Source of the DNA: Chiloscyllium plagiosum
Lineage: Eukaryota
Assembly (NCBI RefSeq): GCF_004010195.1
Contig: NC_057719.1
Location: 6,015,580 to 6,079,579 of the forward strand
Reading direction: 5' to 3'
DNA: 64,000 bases
In this document: positions 26,032-38,535 of the stretch, one piece after another
How positions within the stretch are numbered: position 1 is the first letter of the stretch
Layout of the letters: every line of letters starts with the position of its first letter
Program-made: the position numbers and the translations under genes
Notes under the pieces: model-generated
The model's database searches: none
Seen by the model: the letters and a program-made list of their open reading frames with translations, nothing else
Told to the model about the DNA's origin: nothing

Positions 26032-26635
26032 TACGATTAGTATCAACAATTAAATGGATAAATTGCAAAATCCAAGTCAACTCTTGCAGCACCATTGAAT
26101 GTAAATGTTTAGGGAGCAGTTGTAATGGACAGCACAGTACTGAGAACTTCTGATTTCATTGTGTAGTGGCCTTTAATTTTCAGAGTTATTGGTTAAAATA
26201 ATTGATATTGAAGACATAAAAATGAGCAGCTGACGTGCTTAGGTGCAGCAGTACTGATATAAGAAGCTGCACCGATAATGTGTTCTATGCACATCTCTAT
26301 TAACTCATTTTCTTACAAGCTCCTTTTCTTTCATTATTTCTTTCTCCCTGTTGTTTCCCTTTATATTTCAGTCTGCATCATTTGTCTCTCTGTTTGTCTT
26401 GCTCTCTTTCTGTCCGCTCCTATAAGAGCCTATCTAATTGTAAATTGTGGCCATTCCCTTACTCTTTTTGATTTCTGACCCATGCCAGTAGTTTTAAGGA
26501 CGAGCTTTCATTATTGCTTTGGGTACTCTAAGAGCCCAGCCTGCAAGCTCGTCTCTCTTGCTTGCTCCCATTTTCTAATTCAAGAGGAATAAATGGAAAC
26601 CACTGCCACGATGTGAGATCACAGGCCAAAATACT

Positions 26636-27040
26636 TTTTTCTTTATTCACTCACAGAATGTGGGCATTGCTGCCCACAACCCCCTCACACTCACTCCCCC
26701 ACAAAATCCCCACACACACTCTCCCCCACACACACACATTTATTGCCCATCTCTAATTGCCCCGAAGGCATTTAAGAGTCAACCACATTGCTGTGGGTCT
26801 GGAATCGCATGTAGGCTAGACCAGTTAAGGATGGCAGTTTCCTTCCCTAAAGGACATGAGTGAAGCAAATTGTTTTTTCTGGCAATCAACAATGGATTCA
26901 TGGTCATCGTTAGACTCTTAATTCTAGATATTTGTTTAATTCAAATTCCACCATCTGTCATGGCAGAATCCGAACCCGAGTCCCCAGAACATTATCTGAG
27001 CCTCTGAGTTAACAGTCCAGCGATAACACCACTAGGCCAT
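26636..27040 (-). mobile_element. tRNA-derived SINE with LINE-derived tail; related copies at 29810-30160 (+) and 30870-31190 (-)
   Basis: Minus-strand A-box-like tggcctagtgg and B-box-like gggttcggattc. Shared core ccaccat..cagatg..g.aatttgaatt. Confidence 0.7.
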
Positions 27041-27439
27041 AATCTTTCTCTTTGAAGAATTAAGAGCCCAACTGCAGAAGGTGAAGTTGCTCTCCCTGAA
27101 AGAAGGGAAGATGAAGAGAAAATTTGGTAAAGGGGTTCAAAGCAATGAGTGATTTGGATAAAGTAGATGAGAAGTTATTTCCAGTAGCGGAACACACACT
27201 ACCAGAGGACAAATGGATTGGCAGAGATCCAGATTTGACATGAGAAAAGAGTTTTTCACACAGCAAGTTGTCATGAACTGAAGTATGCTGCCTGGAAGCA
27301 TATTCAGTAAGAATAGTTGAAAAGGAATTGGATAAATAATTGAAGGAGAAAATGGGCAAAGACAAATTATATTGTCTACTTTTCAGGCATGATGGGCAAA
27401 GTAGCCCCCTGTGCTTTTTTATGTTTATTTTATGGTTAA

Positions 27440-27665
27440 AAGTGAGTTACCATAGTCATAACAGACCATAATGCTGCTCTCATTAGAAAGAAAGAGAGAG
27501 ATGATTGGTGGTGGTTTAATCTGAGGGCCACAATACCTTAGGAAAGAAGGAGGGAGGTTGAGGAGGAGTGCCCTTCATAGTAACCTCAGCTGGTGCAGGA
27601 ATTGAACACATGCTGTTAATGTCACTTTGTATTGCAATCCAGCTGTCCAACCAATTGAGCTAACC
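27440..27665 (-). mobile_element. tRNA-derived SINE (second family); related copy at 31410-31595
   Basis: A box TAGCTCAATTGG (within 27651-27665, reverse complement) and B box GTTCAATTCC (27598-27607, reverse complement). Confidence 0.75.
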
Positions 27666-27679
27666 TCAACTCTACCTCT

Positions 27680-28092
27680 CTCGACACACACACGCACAGC
27701 CCATTACACAACTTATACACAACCCCCAATCCCCACACACACGCGCGAGCGCGCACACCCCACTGGACACGCACACACACCTCTCCATACACTCTCATCC
27801 CCACATTCGCACCCCCACACACATGTGCCCGACGCGCACACACCACCACACCCATCCCCTACACACACAACCCCCACGCACATNNNNNNNNNNNNGAATT
27901 CCCCAAACACACACACCTACCACCACACTCATCCCCTACACATACATACCCCCACACTCCTACATTCGCCCACTCTTACGCACCCCTGCATGCACGCATC
28001 CTGTACACATGTCCCTACACACATGCCCCCACGCACACATCCCCACCATGCACAAGCCTCTTCCCCCCCCACCCCATCTCCCATACACACAG
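27680..28092. repeat. CA/C-rich low-complexity repeat
   Basis: Degenerate (CA)n/(CCCACA)n sequence with a small gap. Confidence 0.9.
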
Positions 28093-28484
28093 CCCTGTTA
28101 TGAAGTGTTGGTGAGCTTATGAACTTATAGAGGTTTATAGGGTGAATAGCTAAAGTCTTTGGAGTAGGGTCCGAGGGTGGGGTAGTCCAAAACTAGAGGA
28201 CATGGGTTTAAGGTGAGAGAGGAGAAATTTTAAAAGGACCTGAGGGGTAATGTTTTCACACAGAGGGTGGGGCATGTATGGAAGGAGCTGCCAAAGGAAA
28301 TGGTGGAGGCTGGTATAATTACAACATTTAAAAGGCATCTGGATGGGTAAATGAATATGGAAGGGTTTCGAGGGATATGGGCCAAAAGCTGGCAAAGGGG
28401 GCTAAGTCAGATTGAGATGTCTGGTTGACAGCTAGACAAGTTGGACTAAAAGGGTCTGTTGCCATGCTGTATGACTATGTCTGT

Positions 28485-30760
28485 ATGGATGTGACATCAC
28501 TGACTAGGTTAGCATTTATTGCCCAATTTCACTTGAGAAGGTGCTGGTGAACTGCCCCCTGAACTGATGCAGTCCTAGGAATGCAGGGACACCCATTATG
28601 CTATGGCAAGATTTTGATCCAGGAACAGTGATATAGACCCAAATCTGCATGGCATGTGGTTGAGGGAAATTTGCAGGTGCTGATGTTCCAAGGTACATGC
28701 TGCCGTTGGCCATCAGATGGTAGAGGTAGCAGGTTTAGATAGTGCTGTTGTAGAGCCTTGCTAAGTTACTGCTATGAATAGCATGGATAACATGCATGTT
28801 TGTCACTGTGCATGGTGATGAAGGAATGTTGAAGATGAAAGATCAGGCTGCTTTGTTATGAATGATATAAACTGAAAGGACTGCGGGTGCTGTAAATCAG
28901 AAACAAAAATTGCTGGAAAAGCTCAACAAGTCTGGCAGCATCTGTGAGGAGAAATCAGTTCTGAGGAAGGGTCACTGGACCTGAAACATTAACTCTGACC
29001 TCTCTTCACAGATGCTGTCAGACCTGCTGAGCTTTTCCAGTAACTTGTCATGGATGATGTTGAGCTTCTTCTGTTGTTGGAACTGCCCTCATCAAAGCAG
29101 GTGAAGTGTGTTCCATTGCCCAGCCACAGAATTTCTAATCTTTGACCTGCCCTTGTAGTTGCATTATTTATATAACTCATCCGGCTCAGTTTCCAGTCAA
29201 TTATAATCCCTAGGATGTAAATAGTGGGGAATTCAGTGATACATTGAATGTCGATAGTTAATGGTTAGATTGTCTTGTGTTCGAGATAGTTATTGCCCAT
29301 CATTTGTGTAGCACGAATTTTGGTTGCTTATTGTCAGCCCAAATCTGAATGTTGTCCATGTCTTGCTGCATTTAAACTTGGACTGCTTCAGTATCTGATT
29401 AGTCACAAATTGTACTGAAAATTGTGCAATCATTGGCAAACATCTCAATTTCTTACCATGTGATGGAGGGAAGGTCTTTGATGAAGCAGCTGAAGATGGT
29501 TGGTCCTTGGATATTACCCAGAGGAACTCCTGCAGTGATGGCATGGAGCTGAGATGATTGACTTCCTGCAACCTCAATCATCTTCCTTTGGGCCAGATAT
29601 GACTCAACAGAGAGTTTTTCCCTGATTCCCCAGGACTTCAGTTTTACTTAGGCTCTTTGCTTGATGTCAAGCACAGTCACTCTGGCCTTAGCTCAGGAGT
29701 TCAGCTGTTTTGTCAGTGTTTAAACCAAGATTGTAGTGAGAATCAGTAGTGGAATGGTCCTTGCAGAACCCAAACTGAGTATCAATGAACAACTTAATCC
29801 TTTGCAAATGGGGAGGTGATGGCATAGTTTTACTGTCAGTAATCCAAAATCCAGTTAGTGTTCCAGGGACATGGCTTCATATTCCACCATGGCAGATGAT
29901 AAAATTTGAATTCAGTAAACATCTGGAATAAAATGTTAGTCTAATGGCAACCATGTAACCATTGCTGATTGTCATTAAAAACCCATCTAGTTCACTAATG
30001 TCCTTTAAGGAATGTTCTCTGCTGTCCTTCCTTGGACTGGCCTACAAGTGATTCCAGACCCATTGCAATATGGTTTACTATTAACTGCCCTCGGGGTAAT
30101 TAGAGATGGACATAAATGCTGACCTAGTCAGTGACACCCACATACAATGAATAAATAATGTTTGAAAAAAAAATGCTACTTGATACATTGTTGATGACCC
30201 CTTCCATTACTTAACTATTAATGTTGGAGATTAAATCAATTGGCAGTAATTGACCTGGGTTAGATTTGTCCTGCTTTTTGTGTATACCCTGGCATTTTCC
30301 ACATTGGCAGGTAGATGCCAGTGTTGTAACTGTACTCGAGCAGCTTGGTGAGAGGCACGGCTTGTGTTGGAGCACAGGTCTTCAATAACCCTGCCTGAAC
30401 TTTATGAGCACCCATAGCCTTTGCAATATCCAGCACCTCCAGCCATTTCTTGGTGTCACGTAGAGTGAAGCAGATTGGTTGAAAATTGGTATCTGTGATG
30501 GGAGCCTCAGGAGGTGGAAGAGATGGTTAATCCACTTGGCACTTCTGTTTGAAGATTGTTGTGAATACTTCCTCCACCTCTTAATTATTTTATTGTCGAC
30601 CGCCATTCATGACTGGATGTGAGATTGCTCAGCCCTGATTATCACTTGCTACTTATCTAGTTTGACATGCAAGTAGTGGTAGGTTCATCAGGTTGACACC
30701 TCGCTTTAAGGTGTGCCCGTTGCTGTTCTTGGCATGCCTTTCTGCACTCCAATTTCTGCT
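28485..30760 (-). mobile_element. Degenerate CR1/L2-supergroup LINE (Crack/Daphne-like), with nested PLE and SINE
   Basis: Minus-strand SYINNATTRAGQRLEIL and a GVP.G..GPTIFSCFIKDLPSI-like RT region. The same 3' tail occurs at ~3670-3840 (+), 62370-62590 (-) and 63350-63790 (-). Confidence 0.7.
28867..29044. mobile_element. PLE fold-back insertion (family D) with hammerhead core at 28961-28990 (+)
   Basis: TSD ttgt(t/c)atg(a/g)atgat at 28853-28866 and 29045-29058. CTGAGGA-A-GGGTC-actg-GACCT-GAAA-CATT lies between inverted arms. Confidence 0.8.
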
Positions 30761-32239
30761 GATGTCTTATTCGCCTCACAGTGCTCAGCTTTGAGTTGCT
30801 AGATCTATTCGAAATCTTTCCCATTTAATAATGCCAGGTTGACCATCCAACGTCATTATTTCTTTAGATTTATAGTGGTTTGAAACAACTGAGTGGCTTA
30901 CTAGACCATTTCAGAGGGCAATTAATAATAAAGTCACATCTCTCTGTGATCTGGAGTCGAATGTAACGCAGGTTGGGTCAGGAATGTGGATTTCCTTCCT
31001 TCAAGGATATTAGTGAATCAGCTGAGATCTTAATTGCAATCTCGTGGATTAGGTTAGCCTTTCATTCTGGATTTTCATTGATTTCAAATTTCATCATCTG
31101 CTATGGTGGGACTTGAACCCATATGCCCAGAATTTTAGTTGAGTACACTGGATTACAAGCTCAGTTTCTTTATTACAGTACCACCATCTCCAAGCACCTG
31201 TTCGTAAGAAGAGTCATATTGGATCGAATTGTTAAGTCTGTTTTTCTTTCCACAGATACTGTCAGACCTGCTGAGTTTCTCCAACATCTTCTGTTTTTAT
31301 CAGATTTCCAGCAGTATTTTGCTTTTATTTACAGAGGTGTGCCTGGCATTCTGACCCAATTACTGATTTCTCGGAAAACCCTGAAACACATGATTATCTG
31401 ATCTAATAAAGAGTAGAGTCACCATGATCTTACCAGACCATAGTGCTGTTCTGCCACTACAGATAGATGGGGTGAGGGGTTAGATCGAGAAGGAGAGTCC
31501 TTCATGGTAATCTCAGCCGGAGCAGGGATTGACCAACACTGTCGGCATTGCTCTGAATTGCAAACCAGCCGTCCACCCACTGAACTACCCGACCTCCAAT
31601 AGCTAAGGGAGGATGCTATGCACCAATGTCTATGCCCATTTCAGACTTTATAACATTGCTTCCACGTCAGAAGTACTCCAATGGATGCAAGACATTTTGG
31701 GGCATTCAAAGGTTGTCAAAGGCATTTTATAAATCTGTTTATTCTTCGGTGCAGTGCTTAGTGGGTGGTGAAGTCTTGTGTTGGGTAAGTTGTAAATTGT
31801 GGTAAAATACCTTGCAGCTTGTAGGCGCTGCACACAAGATCATCTGCTTCAAGGTGACATCAGGTTGGTGCAGCTTTTTGTCAGTGTACTTCAGCCCTGA
31901 GTACGCCAGCTGGTTGGTCATAGTTTTGGCTTCTCCAATGTGGCATGGGCTCAACGGATTAGAGAGAAACATTTTTATGAATTATAAATGGAAAAAAAAG
32001 CTGCTTATCCAGTTAAAGTAAAAACTAATGCAGATCAGTCAACCTGTCACGTAAGATTTAATTATTTTTATTTTTACTTACTGTATTTGTAGACAAATTA
32101 TTCTCCAGAAGGTATGTTTAGTCACCAGCCTACTCTGACTAAATCAGACATTGCCAGACATTGCTTCATAGCCATGAATGTAGCCAATTGCTTCAGAAAT
32201 GGACAGAGTCATCTCATCAGCAATCAGTCAGAGAGTTGG

Positions 32240-32760
32240 GAATGAGGCATGGGGTAAGTGAGCAGAGAAGAGTGTCAGAATAAGGCGAGGGTTGTGTGAG
32301 GGGAATAGTGTGACAGGAGTGAGGCAGGGATGTGTGAGGGGAATAATGTGTCAGGAACGAGGTGGGGGTGTATGAGGGGAATAGTGTGACAGGAATGAGG
32401 TGTCCGTAATAAGGCAGCATTGTGCGAGGGGAATAGTGTTACAGGAGTGAGGCGGGGATGTGTAAGGGGAATAGTGTGTCAGTAATAAGGCAGGCGTGTG
32501 TGAGGGGAATAGTGTGACAGGAATGAGNNNNNNNNNNNNNNNNNNNNNNNNNNNNNNNNNNNNNNNNNNNNNNNNNNNNNNNNNNNNNNNNNNNNNNNNN
32601 NNNNNNNNNNNNNNNNNNGGGGGGTGTGAGGGGAATAGTGTGTCAGGAATGAGGCGGGGGTGTGTGAGGGGAAGAGTGGGAACGAGGCGAGGGGAATGGA
32701 GTGTGAGGACTGAGGCAGGAGGGATGTGTGAGTGCAGTAGGGAGTCAGGAATGAGGCAAG
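32240..32760. repeat. Minisatellite, ~38-40 bp unit (gaggggaatagtgtgacaggaatgaggc...)
   Basis: About ten degenerate tandem copies with a gap inside. Confidence 0.9.
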
Positions 32761-32879
32761 TGGACAGGAAAACAAATTTCAGGCCATTCGTTTTGCCTGC
32801 ACACTGTCCTGCTGTGTTTCACAAATATTGGCTTAAGAGAACATTGATTTGGGAGATCCAGCAACATGAAATCTTTTTA

Positions 32880-33290
32880 CAGCAATTAGGTAATTTATAT
32901 GGATTTCAGCAAAGCCTTTGGTAAGTTCTCAAATGAGAGTCTGATAATGAAGGTAAAAGCACATGGGATTACAAGTAACTTGGCAAGTTGGATCCAAAAT
33001 TGGGTTAGTGGTAGGAGACAGAGGGTGATGGTACAAGGTTGTTTCTGTGACTGGAGGCCACTGTCCAGTGGCATACCACAAGGATCAGTCCTTTATTGTT
33101 CATGATATATATATTTTAAAAATATAGAAGATAATATGGGGAGTGGTGTTGAGTAATTTTGTGGATGACACGAAGATTGGCCAGATGGCTGACAGGAAGA
33201 ACATTTTAGGCTGCAGTTGGATATAAGCAAATTGATCAGATGAACAAATCAGTGGCTGATGAAAATTAACTCCAGTAAGTATTTGGAAGA
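32880..33290 (+). mobile_element. CR1 RT fragment
   Basis: MDFSKAFGK...WIQNWVSGRRQRVMVQG...SGIPQGSVL. Confidence 0.85.
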
Positions 33291-34857
33291 AGTGACAAAA
33301 CAAAAGGAGCATTCACTGAATTTAATTCTAAGCAATTTTCCTTATGTTAGCCTAGTTTGCCAATTCACTTGACCCTTTACTGCAGAGAAATCTCTCAGTA
33401 GAATGTGCAGGTCATTTGTGGTACTTCTCTCTTAGGCATTCTGTTATGGAGAAGAACCTATTGTTGTACTGCTGTGTCCTATCCCTGCAGCTCAGTAGCA
33501 AAACAATTTCTACTGATGTGTGTTTCCCCTGTTTTAATGAGTATGCTGACAGGAATCATATAAGAATAGCATTGGCCTTAAAAATTTCATCCTTATGTTC
33601 AAACACCTCTTTTGTTCACTCCCCACAATATCTCTTTCACCTCCTTCAGCCTACAACCCTCTGAAAACTGCCTTTCTCCCAGTCTGGCTCCTTGAGTTCC
33701 TTCATTCTACAGTTTTTGGCCATGCTCAAGAATTCCTTAACTATCTGTCTCTCTCGCCTCCCTTAAGATGCTTTGTCAAACTCTCCTCTTTGACCCACCT
33801 TTTGATCACGTCTCCTTCTTTGGCTCAATGTCAGATCCTGTTTGATAGCACTCCTGAAAATCGCCAAGTTGTTGTGTCCCTTGTCAACACACAACTGCCG
33901 AAGCGCTCACAAGATTGTCCACTTGACTGATGTACTGAAGGATAACTGGTGCCTGCACAGCCAGGATTAATCCTGTTCTCACTTCATGTCTTTCTAAAAG
34001 GTATCAGTGATTAGCAGGGTTACTGCCAATGGACCATCTCCATTAACCTCTTTTCTCTCACCTTCAAAACAACAAAGAAGATAACTGGGCTTAAAGAATT
34101 AGCAAACATGAGTACACTGGAAAATATTCGCTCTCCACTACTCCAATACAAAGTATCATGGCACAGTGTAATGCATTAATTGTACTCTTTTAGCATTTAA
34201 TTCCTACCACCAAGTGGCAGGTCTGTAAAGGGGTGAAAGTAGTAATTTTGTTTGAATTGCAAATGTTATTTTCTTGTCAGCTAACAGCAGTGAACGGAAA
34301 GTTACTGAAGTGAAGGCTGGAAAGCTAATTACAAAGACACACTCTTATCATGGTGAAGAGGGAAGTGGCTTTTTATAGGTCTGTGTGGGAACAAAATTTC
34401 CCTTAACCCGCTAAGTGCTGCAGCCTATTTCTTCTCTCAACATTGTCAGACTGGGAGAGCACTACAGTGATCTCATTTGAACTTACTCAGAGTGAGATGG
34501 GATCAGTGACTTGTTTTGGTGCCATTAGACTGGACAAGATCAAGTGACGTGTCTGAACGCTGTCAGACTCTGTTGCTGAGTTTAAAGGTCCATTCCTTGC
34601 AGGGATGATGACAAGTTTGCCATCTCAAGGGCAACTAGGGATGGGTACTACATGCTGGCCCAGCTCACATTGCCCACACCCCAGGATTGAAGAAAGGAAA
34701 GGTATTGGTAAGAGTCAGAAGGCTGGCTGGATTAATCATTCTGATAGGATGATGCAACAGTTGGAAGTTTTGTTACTCTTGGCTGATTTACTGCTCATTG
34801 GCAACCGGCTGATGATTTTGGCTCAAGTTTTGACATCAAAGTGCCAAGTCAGACTTC

Positions 34858-34858
34858 A

Positions 34859-34896
<38 letters not shown>
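34858..34896. repeat. (TA)n microsatellite
   Basis: Direct reading. Confidence 0.95.
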
Positions 34897-34898
<2 letters not shown>

Positions 34899-36738
34899 AC
34901 CTGTTCAGACATGCTCTAACATGCCTCTGGAGCAGGTGGGACTTGAACACAGACCTTGTGGCTCTAAGGCTGAGATACTAAAACTGCCACAAGGGTCATA
35001 GAGATATACAGCACAGCACGGAAACAGACCCTTCAGTCCAACTCGTCCATGCCGACCAGATGTCCTAACACAAGTCAGCTTTCACAATCCAAGTTTAGTA
35101 TTTTGTTGCAAAATTACTAATTAATACTTAATATTACTTGCAACATTAACATGAATGGTTGGAATACACGAGGCAATACAAATCTTCTCAAAAAAGGAGG
35201 CAGTAGTGTTAAGGAGAAACACATTAAGGGGAAAAAGCAAATCATAATTATCAAAGTTCTTTTCAATAAATAGGGAAAGGTCTGTTAGTTTAAAAAAAGG
35301 ATCAAAACGCACTCAGGACAAGAAACGAGAGTGAATATGGAACAAGAGACAGGGAGGTAAAATGTTGGGCTGACCCCATTAAAATGACACGCCACTTGTA
35401 AGTGTGTGTGTCTATAATTAGAGTGATGTTTAGTTTTGTTTTACAGTCTACTGTTTCTGATTTTAGATTAGTGTTATTACTGTAATGTTGGTATATATTT
35501 CATTGGCATAGTTCATGGGTTTAACTTAACATAACCAGTGAACTCCAAAAGATAGCAATTCCCTGAACTTGTTGACATATCTTAAAAGTCTTAACTTGCA
35601 AACTAGCAGGTTCTCACCAAACAGGCTGGCGTGCACTGACCACTGCATAAGTGCACTACGTAAGCATAGGTCTCCCACAGAGAAAGAATTCGAGTCAGTC
35701 AGAGTTACTGCTTTAGATGGTAATATCTTGGCCCTTTTTATAAAGTTGGCCTGTACAGGCATCAAGTGAGGATGGAATAGGGAATAGCTTCAATCTCTTC
35801 ACTTCTGCATGCTGGAATACTCTGGTCACACTCACTGACCAGAAGAATGATCATTTGAACAAAGGGTCAGAGGCCAGATGGTGTCTGTTAAAGTTCAGAG
35901 AGCAACTCGAGTTCTAAATGGCAGCTCCATCAAATTTACCATCCTCTTAAAAATGATCAGAAATTTTCTATTTCTTCTGGAAGATACTTTAACTTCTGTA
36001 CTGCAGCTTGCTTTCCACCAGGGTGACTGTTTAAATTGCCAGTGCTGTAGAGTGTAAGCTGCAGAGCAAGATTGATTTTAATTCTTTACACAACTTACCT
36101 CATTGTATCGTTAGTTGTTTCAATGTAGCCATGGCCTCAACTTAATTCTTCCAGAGAACATGATAAAATCCATCTCTTATTTTTGTTTCTTTAAAGTGAA
36201 TCTACCTTTCTTGCAGATTGACTCACCAACTAATTTTGCAAGTGAGGTTCTTTGTTCTGTATCCACTGTCGTGACCGGTTCAGGGAACGCAGTGCCAGTA
36301 GCTGTACCAAACAATAGGGTGAGATTTATGTCTGTGTACAGGGTTACCTTGTGATAAATTATTTGGCTCTCTCTTGACTTTGTATGTAAACCAGTTTAGT
36401 TAAAAGGAATAATTCAGCTCTTGTTTTTGCGGTGGACAACCAAATTAGAAGAAGGCAAAGATTGAGATCAACCAACTGCCATTTTATTTCTGCACTTCTG
36501 TGTATCCAGTTAATGTACGCGTGCAGGACAGTAAACTGGATAAAAAATTACAATGACTCGTGAAGCATGTTTGTTGTAATGTTGCATAACTTGGTTCAGA
36601 ATCACAGTGTCTCAGCCATAATTCATTTCGTCTGATTACATACAAGTGTTCACCTTAGATTACTGTTTATATTTGGCAAAGTTCACAGACTTTTGTTTGT
36701 GTAACGAAAAAGCTATGGTTTGTTTTTTTAAGGCTGTA

Positions 36739-36970
36739 TCATAGAATCCCTACAGTGTGGAAGCAGGGCATTGAGTCCACACCAACCCTCCAAACAGCAT
36801 CCTACCCAGACCCACCTTACTACCCTATCTCTATAACCCTGCATTTCCCATGGCCAGCCCACCTAGCCTGCACATCCCTAGACACTGTGGGCAATTTAGC
36901 ATGGCTAATGCACATAACCTAGACATCTTTGGACTTTGGGAGGAAATCCCTGCGGACACTGGGAGAATGA
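36739..36970 (-). mobile_element. HE1-like V-SINE fragment
   Basis: Minus-strand V-domain ctcccaaagtccaaagatgt...ccatgctaaattgccc, a duplicated segment and a CR1-type tail. Confidence 0.7.
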
Positions 36971-37624
36971 GCTGTATGTTGGATGACGGCAAGCTTCAAG
37001 TCATATATGGTCATCTTCCTTTCTACTTCGATTAACATATATTCGCAGTTATGTTAAACTTTTACAAAACACAACCACTGGGTGACATCTTTGAATTTTG
37101 ATATTAACTCTACCCCTCCTCAGCTGCCTTTTGAATTAAAACTTGTTCAAAGCTAAAGCTTTGAATATCGATAAGACTGCCTTTGCATCTTATAAGAATA
37201 TTGGAAACATAATGTTACATCGGCAATCTGACCCTTTCACTAAAACTGTATCCATTTTATTTGCTTTACTTCATGCACAATATTTTTTGATCAAACCTTG
37301 GTTGAGATTATTAGGATTTAATCAAGATTTAAGGATTTTAAAATTCTTAGATACTTTTTCTTAAAATCTTCTTTCCCTTTGTTATTTTCAAAGTGCTCTT
37401 TCCAGGATCATTAAACGATATCACTAAAGTATTTCTGAAAAAAATTAACTCATCGCAGATCAACCCCAACTCAGTTCTGAGGAAATATCACCTGAAATGT
37501 TAATGCTGATTTACAGCATCCTCAGTTCTTTCAGTTATTAAAACCAGCGATGGTCAGTTCTGTTGTTTATCTTTCTTCTCCCTGTCTCTTCACCTAACTG
37601 TGTGAAAGTACAAAGTGCTTCAGC

Positions 37625-38535
37625 TAAAACATAGAAATTATGAACAAGAGTAGGCCATTCAGCCCTTCAAACCTGCTCTGCCATTCAGTATGATCATGGC
37701 TGATCATTCAGCTCAGTACACAGTTCCTGCTTTCACCCGATACCCTTTGATCCTTTTAGCCCTAAGAACTTTATCACCTTGAAAACTTCCAATGTCTTGG
37801 CCTCACCTACCTTCTGTGGCAGGGCATTTCACAGGCTCACCACTCTCTGGGTGGAGAAATTTCTGGACTCCCCAATAATCGGGGACACCACTCCTGCATT
37901 TACTTTGTCTAGTCCTATTAGAATTTTGTAGGTTTCAATGAGATATCCCCTCATTCTTTTGAACAGCAGTGAATATAGTCCTAACTGATCCAGTGTTTCT
38001 TCATGCATCAGTCCTGCCAACCCAGAAAAGGTTCAAGGGACAGAGGATCTACTCTTGTTTAATTGTCCATAGCCTGTAAACAAGAATTATTGTTGCCTAT
38101 TTGAAATTTTTCAGTTAATCCTGCATCTACAGCATTTTGATAAAGAGAATTTCAGATTTCTATCTTTTGTGTGCAGAAAGCTATTTTCTAATTTCACCTT
38201 TGAGTGACCTGGCTCTAATTTTAAATGTCAATTCCCGTGTCGTTGCCCCACACCCCTCCATGGCGAAATTTTCTTCTCTGTATCCGCCCTATTAATACTC
38301 ATTAACATCTCACCAGATTGCCCCCTCAGCCACTATATTGAGAAAATGCAGTCTATTATTCTGATAAATCTGCCCTCGTTCCCACACCAACATCAATATA
38401 TCCTTCCTGAGGTGCAGTGCTGAAAATTGAACACAGTACTCCAGATGGGGTCTGACCAAGGTTCTGTATTAGTGAAGCTTCACTTCCTCCCCTTTGTAAT
38501 CATGTTCCCTTGAGATAAAGGCCAACATTCCATCA
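37625..38535 (-). mobile_element. Two adjacent CR1 3' fragments
   Basis: LDQLGLYSLLFKRMRGYLIETYKILIGLDKV and FSTQRVVSL. Confidence 0.8.

Noticed and set aside
27590..27665. tRNA gene
   Set aside because: A and B boxes are present but there is no clean cloverleaf. It continues into a SINE body and has a diverged second copy at ~31410-31595.
32240..32760. CRISPR-like repeat array (also 56485-56730)
   Set aside because: Degenerate head-to-tail minisatellites without unique spacers, in vertebrate DNA.
34207..34220. CTCF-like motif CCACCAAGTGGCAG (similar motifs near 40604 and 58402)
   Set aside because: Partial matches are expected by chance in 64 kb and cannot be supported without scoring or ChIP data.
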